A stretch of DNA of 64,000 nt from contig CANSFI010000001.1 in NCBI GenBank assembly GCA_947646095.1, positions 8,402-72,401 of the forward strand. The letters run 5' to 3'. The position numbers and the translations under genes are program-made. This document shows, piece after piece, positions 38,704 through 47,068 of this stretch (the first letter of the stretch is position 1; the number at the start of each line of letters is the position of its first letter). Below the pieces are notes generated by a model, which had not been told where the DNA came from, made no database searches, and saw nothing but the letters and a program-made list of their open reading frames with translations. This stretch comes from an uncultured Mycoplasmatota bacterium. GTDB taxonomy: Bacteria > Bacillota_I > Bacilli_A > RF39 > UBA660.

Positions 38704-40254
38704 ATGAAAAATAATTTAATAAGTATTATTATAGCTTTAATACATTTTATAATCACTTTTTTTACTGATAAATTAATAATTAATTTTGACAAATTTAATA
38801 TCATTAATTATATTGGATGTAAAATATTACTATTAATAATTTTATTCTTTACTTATAGATTTTTGATAAAAATTTTTATTGAAAAAGATACAGAATCTAA
38901 AAAGTATTTTAAACATTTTCTAATATGTTTTATACCACTTTTTATTATATTTCTTTTTGTTTATCCAGGTATTTGGTTTGGAAGTGATGTATTTAATTTC
39001 TTTTCTTTTACAACAGGAGTAGATTTCCTTTATTATTTGCATTATCTATCTTCAGTATTTTATTCAATTGGTTTAATGATTTTTCCTGTACCAAGTGGGG
39101 CTATTTTATTACAAGTAATTATGTTTTGTATAGTTATATCTTATATAACTAAAAATACGTTTGAATTATTTAATAATAAAAAAATATGTTATTTGATATA
39201 TTTACCACTTTTCTTAATGCATACACTTTTTTATGTATATTTTGCTAACCGCCCTATTATGTTTGGAATAGCCTATTTATTTTTAATTAGTATTTTAGTA
39301 TTTGATTATTTATTTAAAAATAAGCTTACAACAAAAAAATTAATAATTTTAATAGTTTTAAATGGGGTAGTAGCTAATTGGCGAAGCGAAAGTATTTATT
39401 TAGTGTTAGCGTTACCTTTATTAGTGTTTATTGTATATAAAGAAAGTATTAATTTAAAAAACATTTTAAAAATAGGTTTATCATTTTTATCAGTCTTTAT
39501 TTTAGTATCTATACCACAACGTTTAGATGGAAAATCTTTAAGCAGAAATCTACCGATGGTTGTAAATCCTTTATCATATATGTTAACTCAAGATTTAAAG
39601 GGTGAAAATTTAGAAGAAAATTTAGCAAAAATCAATAAAGTATTAGATATAGAAATTATGAAGAAAAATGCTTCTTATATTGAAACATATGCTATTTGGA
39701 AAGATGGAGGTTGTATTAAGAAATTTACTGAAGAGGAATATAAAGAATTTTTAAATGCTTACATTGATATTGTTAAAAATAATTTTCCAATTTTTATTAA
39801 AACAAAATTATTAACATTTGCGAATGCAAGCGGTATTTATATCGATAATTTTACTTCTAAAAATTTATATTCTAATGAAAATGATAGAGTGTTAGATCGA
39901 AAAGATACTAAAACAATTTTTGGATATAAAACTAGAAAATTTGTTGTTTCTATTTTAGAAGGAAAAGCATATAATAGTGATATACCTTGTAGACCATACT
40001 GTTTAACAAATAATTTTTTGATTCCAATAATTATAATTGGTTTGTTATTTGTAACTTCAATATTTAAGAAAGATTTATTTTTGTTTTTAATTTGTGGAAT
40101 GTTATTAGGTCATACATTTATACTATTTATTACTGCACCTGCTAGTTATTTTATGTATTACTTTAATGTATTTTTGACAGGATGGTTTATAGGTATGATT
40201 TATTTAATAAAAATGATAGTTGAGTTTAAAAATAAAAAGCCAAAATTATCATAA
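38704..40254 (+). CDS. Large polytopic membrane protein, last gene of the glycopolymer locus
   Basis: 516 aa with more than 10 TM helices and a ~150-aa soluble loop. No family recognised. Confidence 0.45.
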   Translation: MKNNLISIIIALIHFIITFFTDKLIINFDKFNIINYIGCKILLLIILFFTYRFLIKIFIEKDTESKKYFKHFLICFIPLFIIFLFVYPGIWFGSDVFNFFSFTTGVDFLYYLHYLSSVFYSIGLMIFPVPSGAILLQVIMFCIVISYITKNTFELFNNKKICYLIYLPLFLMHTLFYVYFANRPIMFGIAYLFLISILVFDYLFKNKLTTKKLIILIVLNGVVANWRSESIYLVLALPLLVFIVYKESINLKNILKIGLSFLSVFILVSIPQRLDGKSLSRNLPMVVNPLSYMLTQDLKGENLEENLAKINKVLDIEIMKKNASYIETYAIWKDGGCIKKFTEEEYKEFLNAYIDIVKNNFPIFIKTKLLTFANASGIYIDNFTSKNLYSNENDRVLDRKDTKTIFGYKTRKFVVSILEGKAYNSDIPCRPYCLTNNFLIPIIIIGLLFVTSIFKKDLFLFLICGMLLGHTFILFITAPASYFMYYFNVFLTGWFIGMIYLIKMIVEFKNKKPKLS

Positions 40255-40261
40255 TCTCAAT

Positions 40262-40290
40262 TTGACTAATTGCATAAAATATGTTAGAAT
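40262..40290 (+). promoter_or_regulatory. Near-consensus sigma-A promoter driving the structured RNA
   Basis: TTGACT (40262-40267), 17 nt, TGtTAGAAT (extended -10, 40285-40290). Confidence 0.6.
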
Positions 40291-40296
40291 TAAATT

Positions 40297-40926
40297 TGTA
40301 AATCAAGTGGCACATTATTCTAGTCAATATGATTTATTATGAAGACGGGGCTAAAAATCCGTTAAAGAGCATATCTGTGAAACTTTTGGTGCTTGCTTCT
40401 TACGCCCAGTTTGGGGTGGGTGCTGGAAGGTAGAGTGTTGGGCGCACGTAATGGCATACGTCAAACGACCCAGCATTCATGGAGACCTAAACTTGTGGTA
40501 AGCATATACACATTGATTGTTGATCTGACTTACTACGACTTAGGCTTGAACCTACTTTGTGGCGAAAGTTATGAGTAGTGTAGCTTGTCTTGAGTGGATA
40601 CTTGGGATAAATGATCTATTTTAAATAATTTATAGCTAAAGTTATTTAAAAATCGCATTTTGAAACTGTATCTGCAAAAAAGAATTAATAATAAATCAAT
40701 TGAGGAGGAAATCTCCTAGAGTGACATTAATATGGGATTGCAGTGCGTACTAAGTGGCAATCGAGTAATATATTAGGTGACTATATATCTATTTCTTTAA
40801 AGGGGAACCGCAAGATGGTAACGTCTTGTAGAAATAGGGGAAATCCAACTCGACCTAAGACGTAAAGTTAACTATATTAATAGCCATACAAACAAGATTA
40901 TAAAGGGAATTTCCCTTTTTATTTTT
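40297..40926 (+). ncRNA. ole: Large structured ncRNA of about 630 nt, interpreted as OLE (ornate, large, extremophilic) RNA
   Basis: A GC-rich island in a 25% GC genome with no credible ORF and many local and long-range complementary segments. Examples: ACGTA/TACGT, AGGAG-GAAAT-CTCCT, ACGTCTT/AAGACGT, TTAAATAA/TTATTTAA. It has its own promoter and ends in AAAGGGAATTCCCTTT plus a T-run. A small OapA-like membrane protein gene lies immediately downstream. The 5' end is estimated. Confidence 0.55.
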
Positions 40927-40941
40927 GAATAGAGGTGGCTT

Positions 40942-41484
40942 ATGGCAAAAAAGAAAAACAATGAATCTATATGGATATTGAAAATAACTTTTCTAGCTTT
41001 CTTTATATCAATGATATTTTCCTTTGTTTCAGAAATCGCATTAAGCAATACTAACATTATAATAGGTACAATAATTTTATTAGTATTTATTTTACTTGGT
41101 GTATTTTTTGATATGGTAGGAGTAGCTGTTACAGCGGCTGATGAAAAACCATTACATTCAATGAACGCAAGAAAAGTTAAAGGAGCAGATGTAGCAACCA
41201 TATTTAAGAAGAATGCTGCTAAAGTATCATCATTTTGTAATGATGTAGTAGGTGATATTTGTGGAATAATCTCTGGTTCTGCTGGAGTTGTAATAGCTGC
41301 ATCCATAACTAAAATTATAAGTATTAATCCATTATATATAAGTTTAGTAATTACAGCTTTAGTAGCGTCCCTTACTATTGGTGGTAAAGCTGTAGGTAAA
41401 GGCATAGCTATAAAAAATAGTAATAAAATCCTATATGGATTTTCTAAATTTATATCGTATTTTTATCATCCTAAAAATAAGTAA
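40942..41484 (+). CDS. oapA: Small 4-TM DUF21/CNNM-TM-like membrane protein, interpreted as the OLE-associated protein OapA
   Basis: 180 aa. SEIAL motif in TM1 and a DVVGD (DxxxD) motif. RBS AGAGGTGG. It begins 16 nt after the RNA terminator. Confidence 0.55.
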   Translation: MAKKKNNESIWILKITFLAFFISMIFSFVSEIALSNTNIIIGTIILLVFILLGVFFDMVGVAVTAADEKPLHSMNARKVKGADVATIFKKNAAKVSSFCNDVVGDICGIISGSAGVVIAASITKIISINPLYISLVITALVASLTIGGKAVGKGIAIKNSNKILYGFSKFISYFYHPKNK

Positions 41485-41504
41485 TATCATTTATATATGA
41501 ATTA

Positions 41505-41533
41505 TTGATAAAAATAATTGATGATGTTATAAT
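41505..41533 (+). promoter_or_regulatory. Orphan consensus promoter with no ORF downstream
   Basis: TTGATA (41505-41510), 17 nt, TGtTATAAT (41528-41533). The next ~160 nt contain only ORFs of 9 codons or fewer. Confidence 0.4.
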
Positions 41534-41677
41534 GTTTAGTATTTTATGTAACATTTTGTGTAATCAAAATGTGTTATAAAATTATTGCACCAAATTTCTG
41601 ACAAATATGCTTATAAGGGGAAAGTAAAGTTTTTCTATTTTGGATTTTTCTCTAATTTTTGAATATTGAGTGATATT

Positions 41678-41702
41678 AATATCAAAATGATATTATTTTT
41701 TT
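41678..41702 (+). terminator. Weak AT-rich terminator-like hairpin about 160 nt after the orphan promoter
   Basis: AATATC-AAAAT-GATATT followed by A and 7 T residues. The stem has only one GC pair. Confidence 0.3.
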
Positions 41703-41707
41703 AACTT

Positions 41708-42209
41708 TTAAATACAATTTCCCCTTACTACTAAAGTATGGAATCCTGAAATAAATTCATTTTTTATATGGGCGACTTCACTAACACGAAGGCCACAGAA
41801 AAAAAACAAGTAAAAGCCAATATTTGTGTTTTAAGTGTTTTTTATAATTAACTATTTTTACAAATTGTTCTGTTGGAAGAATAGTAGGTAACCTTTTAAT
41901 CACTTTAGAAGTTGGTAGTAATAATTTGTCGAAACGTTTATTAAAACAAACGATATATAACAATTTTATTGAAGCAACAGCAACATTGTAAGTGTATTTA
42001 CTTTTATTTGGTTTAATAAAACAATCGTTTAAATAAGGAATAATATCTTGTTCTGATAAGAGGGTTATATCAGTATTTGAATCATAATATGTAAAGAAAT
42101 TGTTTAAAGCACATTTGTAGTTTATAAATGTGTTTTCACTGCACCACCTTAACGTTAAGTTTTCATGGATTTTGTTAATCCATAATTTTTGATTTTCATC
42201 AGTATTCAT
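41708..42209 (-). pseudogene. Tyrosine recombinase (XerC/D-integrase type), frameshifted and 3'-truncated
   Basis: N-terminal SAM-like core-binding domain. The ORF stops at 41781. A 1-nt shift in the 8-nt homopolymer at 41799-41806 restores CGLRVSEVAHIK (box I with the catalytic Arg). The frame then ends at 41708, and the rest of the catalytic domain is absent. Confidence 0.7.
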
Positions 42210-42653
42210 AAAAAAATCTCTTCAAATTACTAAAGAGAGAAATAGGATTTTGAAATTTCTAAAAATAGTGTATAATATTAAGCGTGTTGAAACTATTTGT
42301 CTCTTTAGTCGGAACTATAGTATACCAACACTTTTTATTTTGCAAGACTTTATACAAAGTAATGACTTTTTGTCAGAAATTTGGTACAATTGATATAGGG
42401 TAATGGTGATAGTTTGAAAAATAAAAATGAAAATAATAACACATAAAAAAGTATTTTAGTTCAACAAGTTTAAAACTTGAAGAAATTAAGATAAATAGAT
42501 CTTTGAAATTGTTAAATATTTGTTGGGTTTAAATTAAGAATAGAAGTATCTATTCCAAGTTTAGATAACGTTTTTAAAGCGTTGTCTATAATTTGTTGAC
42601 GTTTATTTTCTAAAACTTCATTTGGAATATCAGAATAATTGATATCAATGGGA

Positions 42654-43712
42654 TTAAATATTTTCACCAGTTTGAAACATTTTATAAATACAAGTAAGCA
42701 TCATACGAGCAATAGCAATAATAGCTTTCCTATGACCATGTCTTTTCTTGATTTTAAGATATTTGTTTTTGAAATAAGGTTCCTTATTAGATTTAATGGC
42801 AGCATTAACACATTGAACAAGAGTTGGTTTAAGATAAACACCAGCAGAGAAACACGAGTAGATTTCTTTTTACCAGCACTTTCATTGTTCTGGGGTGTAA
42901 GACCAGCCCAATTACAAAGTTTCTTTGTAGTTGAAAATAAAGACATATCAGTTCCTATTTCAGAGACAATAATCATAGCAGATGTTTCAGAAATGCCAGG
43001 TACAGTCATTGCTAAATTAACATAAGGTCTTAACTCATTATTATTAATAATATAATTACTAGCATCTTCAATAGAGTTAATTGTATCATTAATAGAATTA
43101 AGATGAGTACTAGAAGCTTTTAATTTAGAAATAGTAGAATCAGGCATTGAAAATCCTTGGATAGATGTTATAATATCATCAGATTTTGATTTAGCAGATT
43201 TACCGAAGAGGTCTGATAAAACAAAATCTAAAGAGATATTAGATATAGTAAGTGAGTTTTGAATTCGTTGTTTTTCAGAAGAAGACATATTAACGAGTTT
43301 GAAACGATAACTTAATAGTTCTCTTAAATTTCTAATATGTTTAGGTGGAATAAAAGACCCAAAGCAAAGATTATGTTTGAATAAATCAGTAATCAAAATA
43401 GAATCTTTCTTGTCGGTCTTTTTTTCCTTTTACAGCTTTAATATACTTAGGATTAGCAATAGTGATATTAAAATTATCTTCTAAGATGTTAAAGATAGGA
43501 ATCCAATATTTACCAGTAGATTCCATACAGACATCATAACAATTATTAGATATTAACCAATCCTTAAAAATATTGATATTTTTATTATGAGTATAAAAGT
43601 TTTTAGTTTGATACGAAGTAACACCATGTTCATTGGTAGTACCAATCGTAGCAACAATAAAAGATTTGTGAACATCAACACCACAACAAATAGGACGAAC
43701 AATTTTAAGCAA
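42654..43712 (-). pseudogene. IS110-family (DEDD) transposase with at least two frameshifts
   Basis: N-terminus: CCGVDVHKSFIV...CMESTGKYWIPIF. C-terminus: LCNWAGLTPQNNESAGKKKS. The tail AGVYLKPTLVQCVNAAIKSNKEPYFKNKYLKIKKRHGHRKAIIAIARMMLTCIYKMFQTGENI reads in a third frame. TTG start with RBS AAAGGAG. Confidence 0.85.
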
Positions 43713-43736
43713 AAAATCACTCCTTTATGTAAATAA

Positions 43737-43923
43737 TAAAGAAGCATTAAACTAGTTATTCAAACACTGAAATATCAAGGATAAATCCAATGATTAGTTT
43801 ACGGACTTGAAGTATCACTTATTTGTGCTTGAGAAGAACAACTGACACATGTTATTATACAGACTTATCATCAAGAGGTGATGATTTCTACTCACCTCAC
43901 CATGCTTTGTAGTTGCTTCTTTA
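43737..43923 (-). ncRNA. Candidate IS110 bridge-RNA-like structured region upstream of the transposase
   Basis: 10-bp closing helix TAAAGAAGCA (43737-43746) / TGCTTCTTTA (43914-43923) enclosing 187 nt with internal hairpins such as ATCATCA-AGAGG-TGATGAT at 43867-43885. GC content is higher than the surroundings. The position matches where the IS110 family encodes its guide RNA. Confidence 0.25.
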
Positions 43924-44028
43924 GTAATTTACAAGAGTGTATTATATAAAAAAATAAATAGAAAGAACATATTTTTTGTAACGATTTGTGTCGGAAGCGA
44001 CATAGTCGCGAACGAAATGGAGGTTATT

Positions 44029-44496
44029 ATGAAAAAAGTACTTTTTATAGCTTCAACAGGAGGACATTTATCAGAATTATTACAATTAAAATCATGCTTT
44101 AATAATTATGATTACTATTTAATTACTGAAAAAACAAATTCAACAAAAAGCTTAACCAATCAGTATTCAAATGTAGACTATTTAGTATTTGGAACAAAGG
44201 ATCATATAGTTTCATATATATTTAAATTTGGTTGGAATAGTTTAAAATCGTTATATCTATATTTTAAGATAAGACCACAATATATAATTACTACTGGAAC
44301 TCATACAGCTGTACCTATATGTTATATTGGTAAAATTTTTGGTAGTAAAATTATTTTTATAGAAACATTTGCTAATAGTGAGTCAAAAACTTTAGCTGGT
44401 AAAATGCTTTATCCAATATCAAATTTATTTATAGTTCAATGGGAATCTATGCTTAAACTATATCCTAAATCAATATATGGCGGTTGGATTTATTAA
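44029..44496 (+). CDS. Alg14-like / Cps14F-PssD-type glycosyltransferase membrane subunit
   Basis: KKVLFIASTGGHLSELLQL... and FIETFANS motifs. GGAGG 5 nt before ATG 44029. Confidence 0.8.
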   Translation: MKKVLFIASTGGHLSELLQLKSCFNNYDYYLITEKTNSTKSLTNQYSNVDYLVFGTKDHIVSYIFKFGWNSLKSLYLYFKIRPQYIITTGTHTAVPICYIGKIFGSKIIFIETFANSESKTLAGKMLYPISNLFIVQWESMLKLYPKSIYGGWIY

Positions 44497-44498
44497 AT

Positions 44499-45062
44499 AT
44501 GATATTAGTAACTCTCGGAACTCAAGATAAAAGCTTTGAAAGATTATTAAAAGCTGTTCAAAAAGAAATAAATAGTGGGAATATTAAGGATAAAGTAGTA
44601 GTACAAGCAGGTTATACAAAATTTAAAAGTAAAGATATGGAAATATTTGAATTAGTTCCAATAGAAGAATTTGATACTTTAATAAAAAAATGTGATTTAT
44701 TGATAACTCATGGTGGAGTTGGTTCAATTATAGCAGGACTTAAAAATAATAAAAAAGTAATAGCAGTTCCAAGATTAAAAAAGTTTGGGGAACATACAAA
44801 TGATCATCAATTACAAATAATTAAAAATTTTTCTAACGCTGGTTATATTTTAGAACTTAACAATTTTAATAAACTTGGCGAAGTTATAAAAGAAAGTAAA
44901 AGCTTTAAACCAAAGAAATATAATAGTAATACTAAAAATATGATTAATCTTATCACAAGTTATATAAATAATGATTCAAAAAAATTTCATCCAATTAGAA
45001 GACTTTTATTATTTGTAATAATTTTACTACTATTATATTTATTATTAAATAATTTAAAATGA
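44499..45062 (+). CDS. Alg13-like / Cps14G-PssE-type glycosyltransferase catalytic subunit
   Basis: MILVTLGTQDKSFERLL and LITHGGVGSI motifs, with an extra C-terminal TM. Starts 3 nt after the partner's stop. Confidence 0.8.
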   Translation: MILVTLGTQDKSFERLLKAVQKEINSGNIKDKVVVQAGYTKFKSKDMEIFELVPIEEFDTLIKKCDLLITHGGVGSIIAGLKNNKKVIAVPRLKKFGEHTNDHQLQIIKNFSNAGYILELNNFNKLGEVIKESKSFKPKKYNSNTKNMINLITSYINNDSKKFHPIRRLLLFVIILLLLYLLLNNLK

Positions 45063-45087
45063 TTACATTGAATAAATGTAATTTTTT
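45062..45087 (+). terminator. Rho-independent terminator
   Basis: ATTACATT-GAATA-AATGTAAT perfect 8-bp stem followed by TTTTTT. Confidence 0.75.
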
Positions 45088-45165
45088 CTTGTAAAAAAAG
45101 TAAAAAAATGATATTATAATTATTATTTTTTAGAAATTAAATATTAAATGAATTGAGGTGAAACT

Positions 45166-45734
45166 ATGGTGTATGATAGTATATTTATAACATCAAAAAG
45201 TTAAAAGCAATTAACAAAAGAACAAATATGTGATTACTTTAAAAAATATCATAATAATGACATTAATATTAGAAATAAGTTTATAGAATCTAATATAGAT
45301 TTAGTTACATCATATGTACTCAAACATTTTCCAGCTTTTAAATATGATCAAAAAGAATTAGTCTATATTGGAATGATTGTTCTTATTAAAGGATTAAGTA
45401 GTTTCGATATAACTAAATGATTTGATTTTTCAATTTATACAAGTGTATGTATAAGAAATGAAATACTTAAATTTAAAAAAAGAAAATAAACATATCAGAA
45501 ATATTATAAATGAATTGCTTGATAGAGAAAAAAATTATAATACTTTATTTCTGTTTTGAAAATTATAAATTATATAAACAAAAAGACATATCTTGTAAGT
45601 TAAATTTATCACAATCAATTGTTTACAATGTGTTAAAGAATATATTAAAAAAAATAAAACAACAATTGTTAGAAATAGGCACTATTGAAATTAATAGTTA
45701 TAATAAAAAATTAAAAGCCAATAAAACTTATTAA
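45166..45734 (+). pseudogene. Decayed sigma-70-family factor gene
   Basis: RBS GAGGTGA plus ATG. Region 2-like IGMIVLIKGLSSFDITK*FDFSIYTSVCIRNEILKF. In-frame TAA (45202) and TGA (45418). The region 4 HTH (LNLSQSIVYNVLKNILKKIK) lies in a different frame (45510-45734). Confidence 0.65.
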
Positions 45735-45745
45735 GGGGGATTATA

Positions 45746-47068
45746 ATGATAAATGAAGAAAATTTAAATAAAATATATGACTCTATAATAGAAGGAAATG
45801 AATTAACTACCAAAAGATTGAATAGTTATGGATTTAATAGTAGAGATATAACAACATTAATTAATAGAAAAAAAATAAGAAGAATAAAAAGGGGATACTA
45901 TACATTTTTATCATCAAATGACTTAGTTTTATATGGTAAAAAATTAATATCATTGAAAAAATATAATGAAGCAGAAACTTGCTTTGAAAAATCATATGAA
46001 ATAAGTCCAAATGCTTTTGAAATTTGTCTTCAATTATTCTTAAGAGAAATTAAATTAAAAAATTATAGTGAAGCATTTAAATATTTTGATTGCTTATATA
46101 AAAATAGTAATAGTTATTGTATAAAAGATAATAACTTCTATTTATATTTATTAAATATGATAACAGAAGTACCAGAAAAATATAAAGAATGTATTAGAAC
46201 ATTAACATTTGATGATATAAAACTAAATATTAAAGATACTAAATTAAAAAATCCTTCTTTACAAAATAAAATAAGATTAACAGCTTATAATCGATATTTT
46301 TCATTGGCTAGTAGACAATTAAATGATTTAGTAAAACAAGAAAAACTAAGTATTTCGAATCTTATAATTAGTATATTATTAGAACAAGCATTCACAGAAC
46401 AACATTTAGTAATCGATAAAAAATTAGAATTAATAAAAAATAAACAATATCAAGAATTTATTAACTATTTAGAACAATTACAAAAAAGATATAAATTGAA
46501 TTCTGCTGATAAATATGCCCTAATATTAGCTAAAGACTTAGTCGATATTATTGATGGAAAAATACCTAACCAACAATCAATTTCTTGCAATAATATATTT
46601 AAAGCAATCGATAGTAAAAATTATGAACAGGCCTTAAAATTTAGTAAAGTTCGTTTAAAAAAAGAAAATCAAGATTTTGGTAAAAATATTATTCATATTT
46701 TATTATTAGAAATAACTAAAATATTATCAAAAAAAGGAATGAATAAATCAAATCAAAATTATGCAATTAATAATATAAAAGCAATAGCCTCTCTTATGTT
46801 ATCAAAACCAGAGATAGAAGAAGTTTGTAAAAAATTTAATTTAAATGATGAACAAAAATGTATAGTTTTATTAATACTTGCTAAAGACTTATATTTACAA
46901 GGCGATATTTTATCTGGAGATAAATATTTAAAACAGGCAGAAAAAATAAAAAGTACATCTAAAAAAATAAAAGATCTATTAGAAGAAATAAGAAAAAATA
47001 AAAATATAACCAAGGAAGATACAAAACAATTAGTATTAAAACAAGGAGGAATTAAAAATGATAAATAA
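45746..47068 (+). CDS. wHTH (AbiEi-antitoxin-like N-terminus) plus helical-repeat (TPR-like) protein, paralog A
   Basis: N-terminal LNSYGFNSRDITTLINRKKIRRIKRGYYTF resembles AbiEi-type winged helix. The remaining ~370 aa are alpha-helical repeats. RBS AAGGGGG. Confidence 0.55.
   Translation: MINEENLNKIYDSIIEGNELTTKRLNSYGFNSRDITTLINRKKIRRIKRGYYTFLSSNDLVLYGKKLISLKKYNEAETCFEKSYEISPNAFEICLQLFLREIKLKNYSEAFKYFDCLYKNSNSYCIKDNNFYLYLLNMITEVPEKYKECIRTLTFDDIKLNIKDTKLKNPSLQNKIRLTAYNRYFSLASRQLNDLVKQEKLSISNLIISILLEQAFTEQHLVIDKKLELIKNKQYQEFINYLEQLQKRYKLNSADKYALILAKDLVDIIDGKIPNQQSISCNNIFKAIDSKNYEQALKFSKVRLKKENQDFGKNIIHILLLEITKILSKKGMNKSNQNYAINNIKAIASLMLSKPEIEEVCKKFNLNDEQKCIVLLILAKDLYLQGDILSGDKYLKQAEKIKSTSKKIKDLLEEIRKNKNITKEDTKQLVLKQGGIKNDK

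Larger units (their letters stand above)
41584..42390. repeat. 22-bp inverted repeats bracketing the recombinase remnant (807-bp unit)
   Basis: ATTGCACCAAATTTCTGACAAA (41584-41605) matches the reverse complement of 42369-42390 (ATTGTACCAAATTTCTGACAAA), 21/22. Confidence 0.8.
42400..44010 (-). mobile_element. IS110-family element; boundaries approximate
   Basis: Contains the IS110 transposase pseudogene plus about 250-300 nt of non-coding ends on each side. No terminal IRs are expected for this family, and the ends could not be fixed without a second copy. Confidence 0.4.

Noticed and set aside
40393-41405. ORFs 40393-40578(+) and 40872-41405(-) in the structured-RNA and oapA region.
   Set aside because: The first lies inside the GC-rich RNA, has no RBS and starts with TTG. 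The second is antisense to the well-formed membrane protein gene and spans the terminator.
42639-43025. Plus-strand 128-aa ORF inside IS110.
   Set aside because: It is antisense to recognisable IS110 transposase sequence, which reads through the region in shifted frames.
45202-45420. In-frame TAA/TGA in the sigma gene as evidence of stop-codon reassignment (for example TGA = Trp).
   Set aside because: All long ORFs in the window are intact under the standard code and TGA terminates good genes (for example 18838-18840). A frameshift is also present, so pseudogenisation is simpler.
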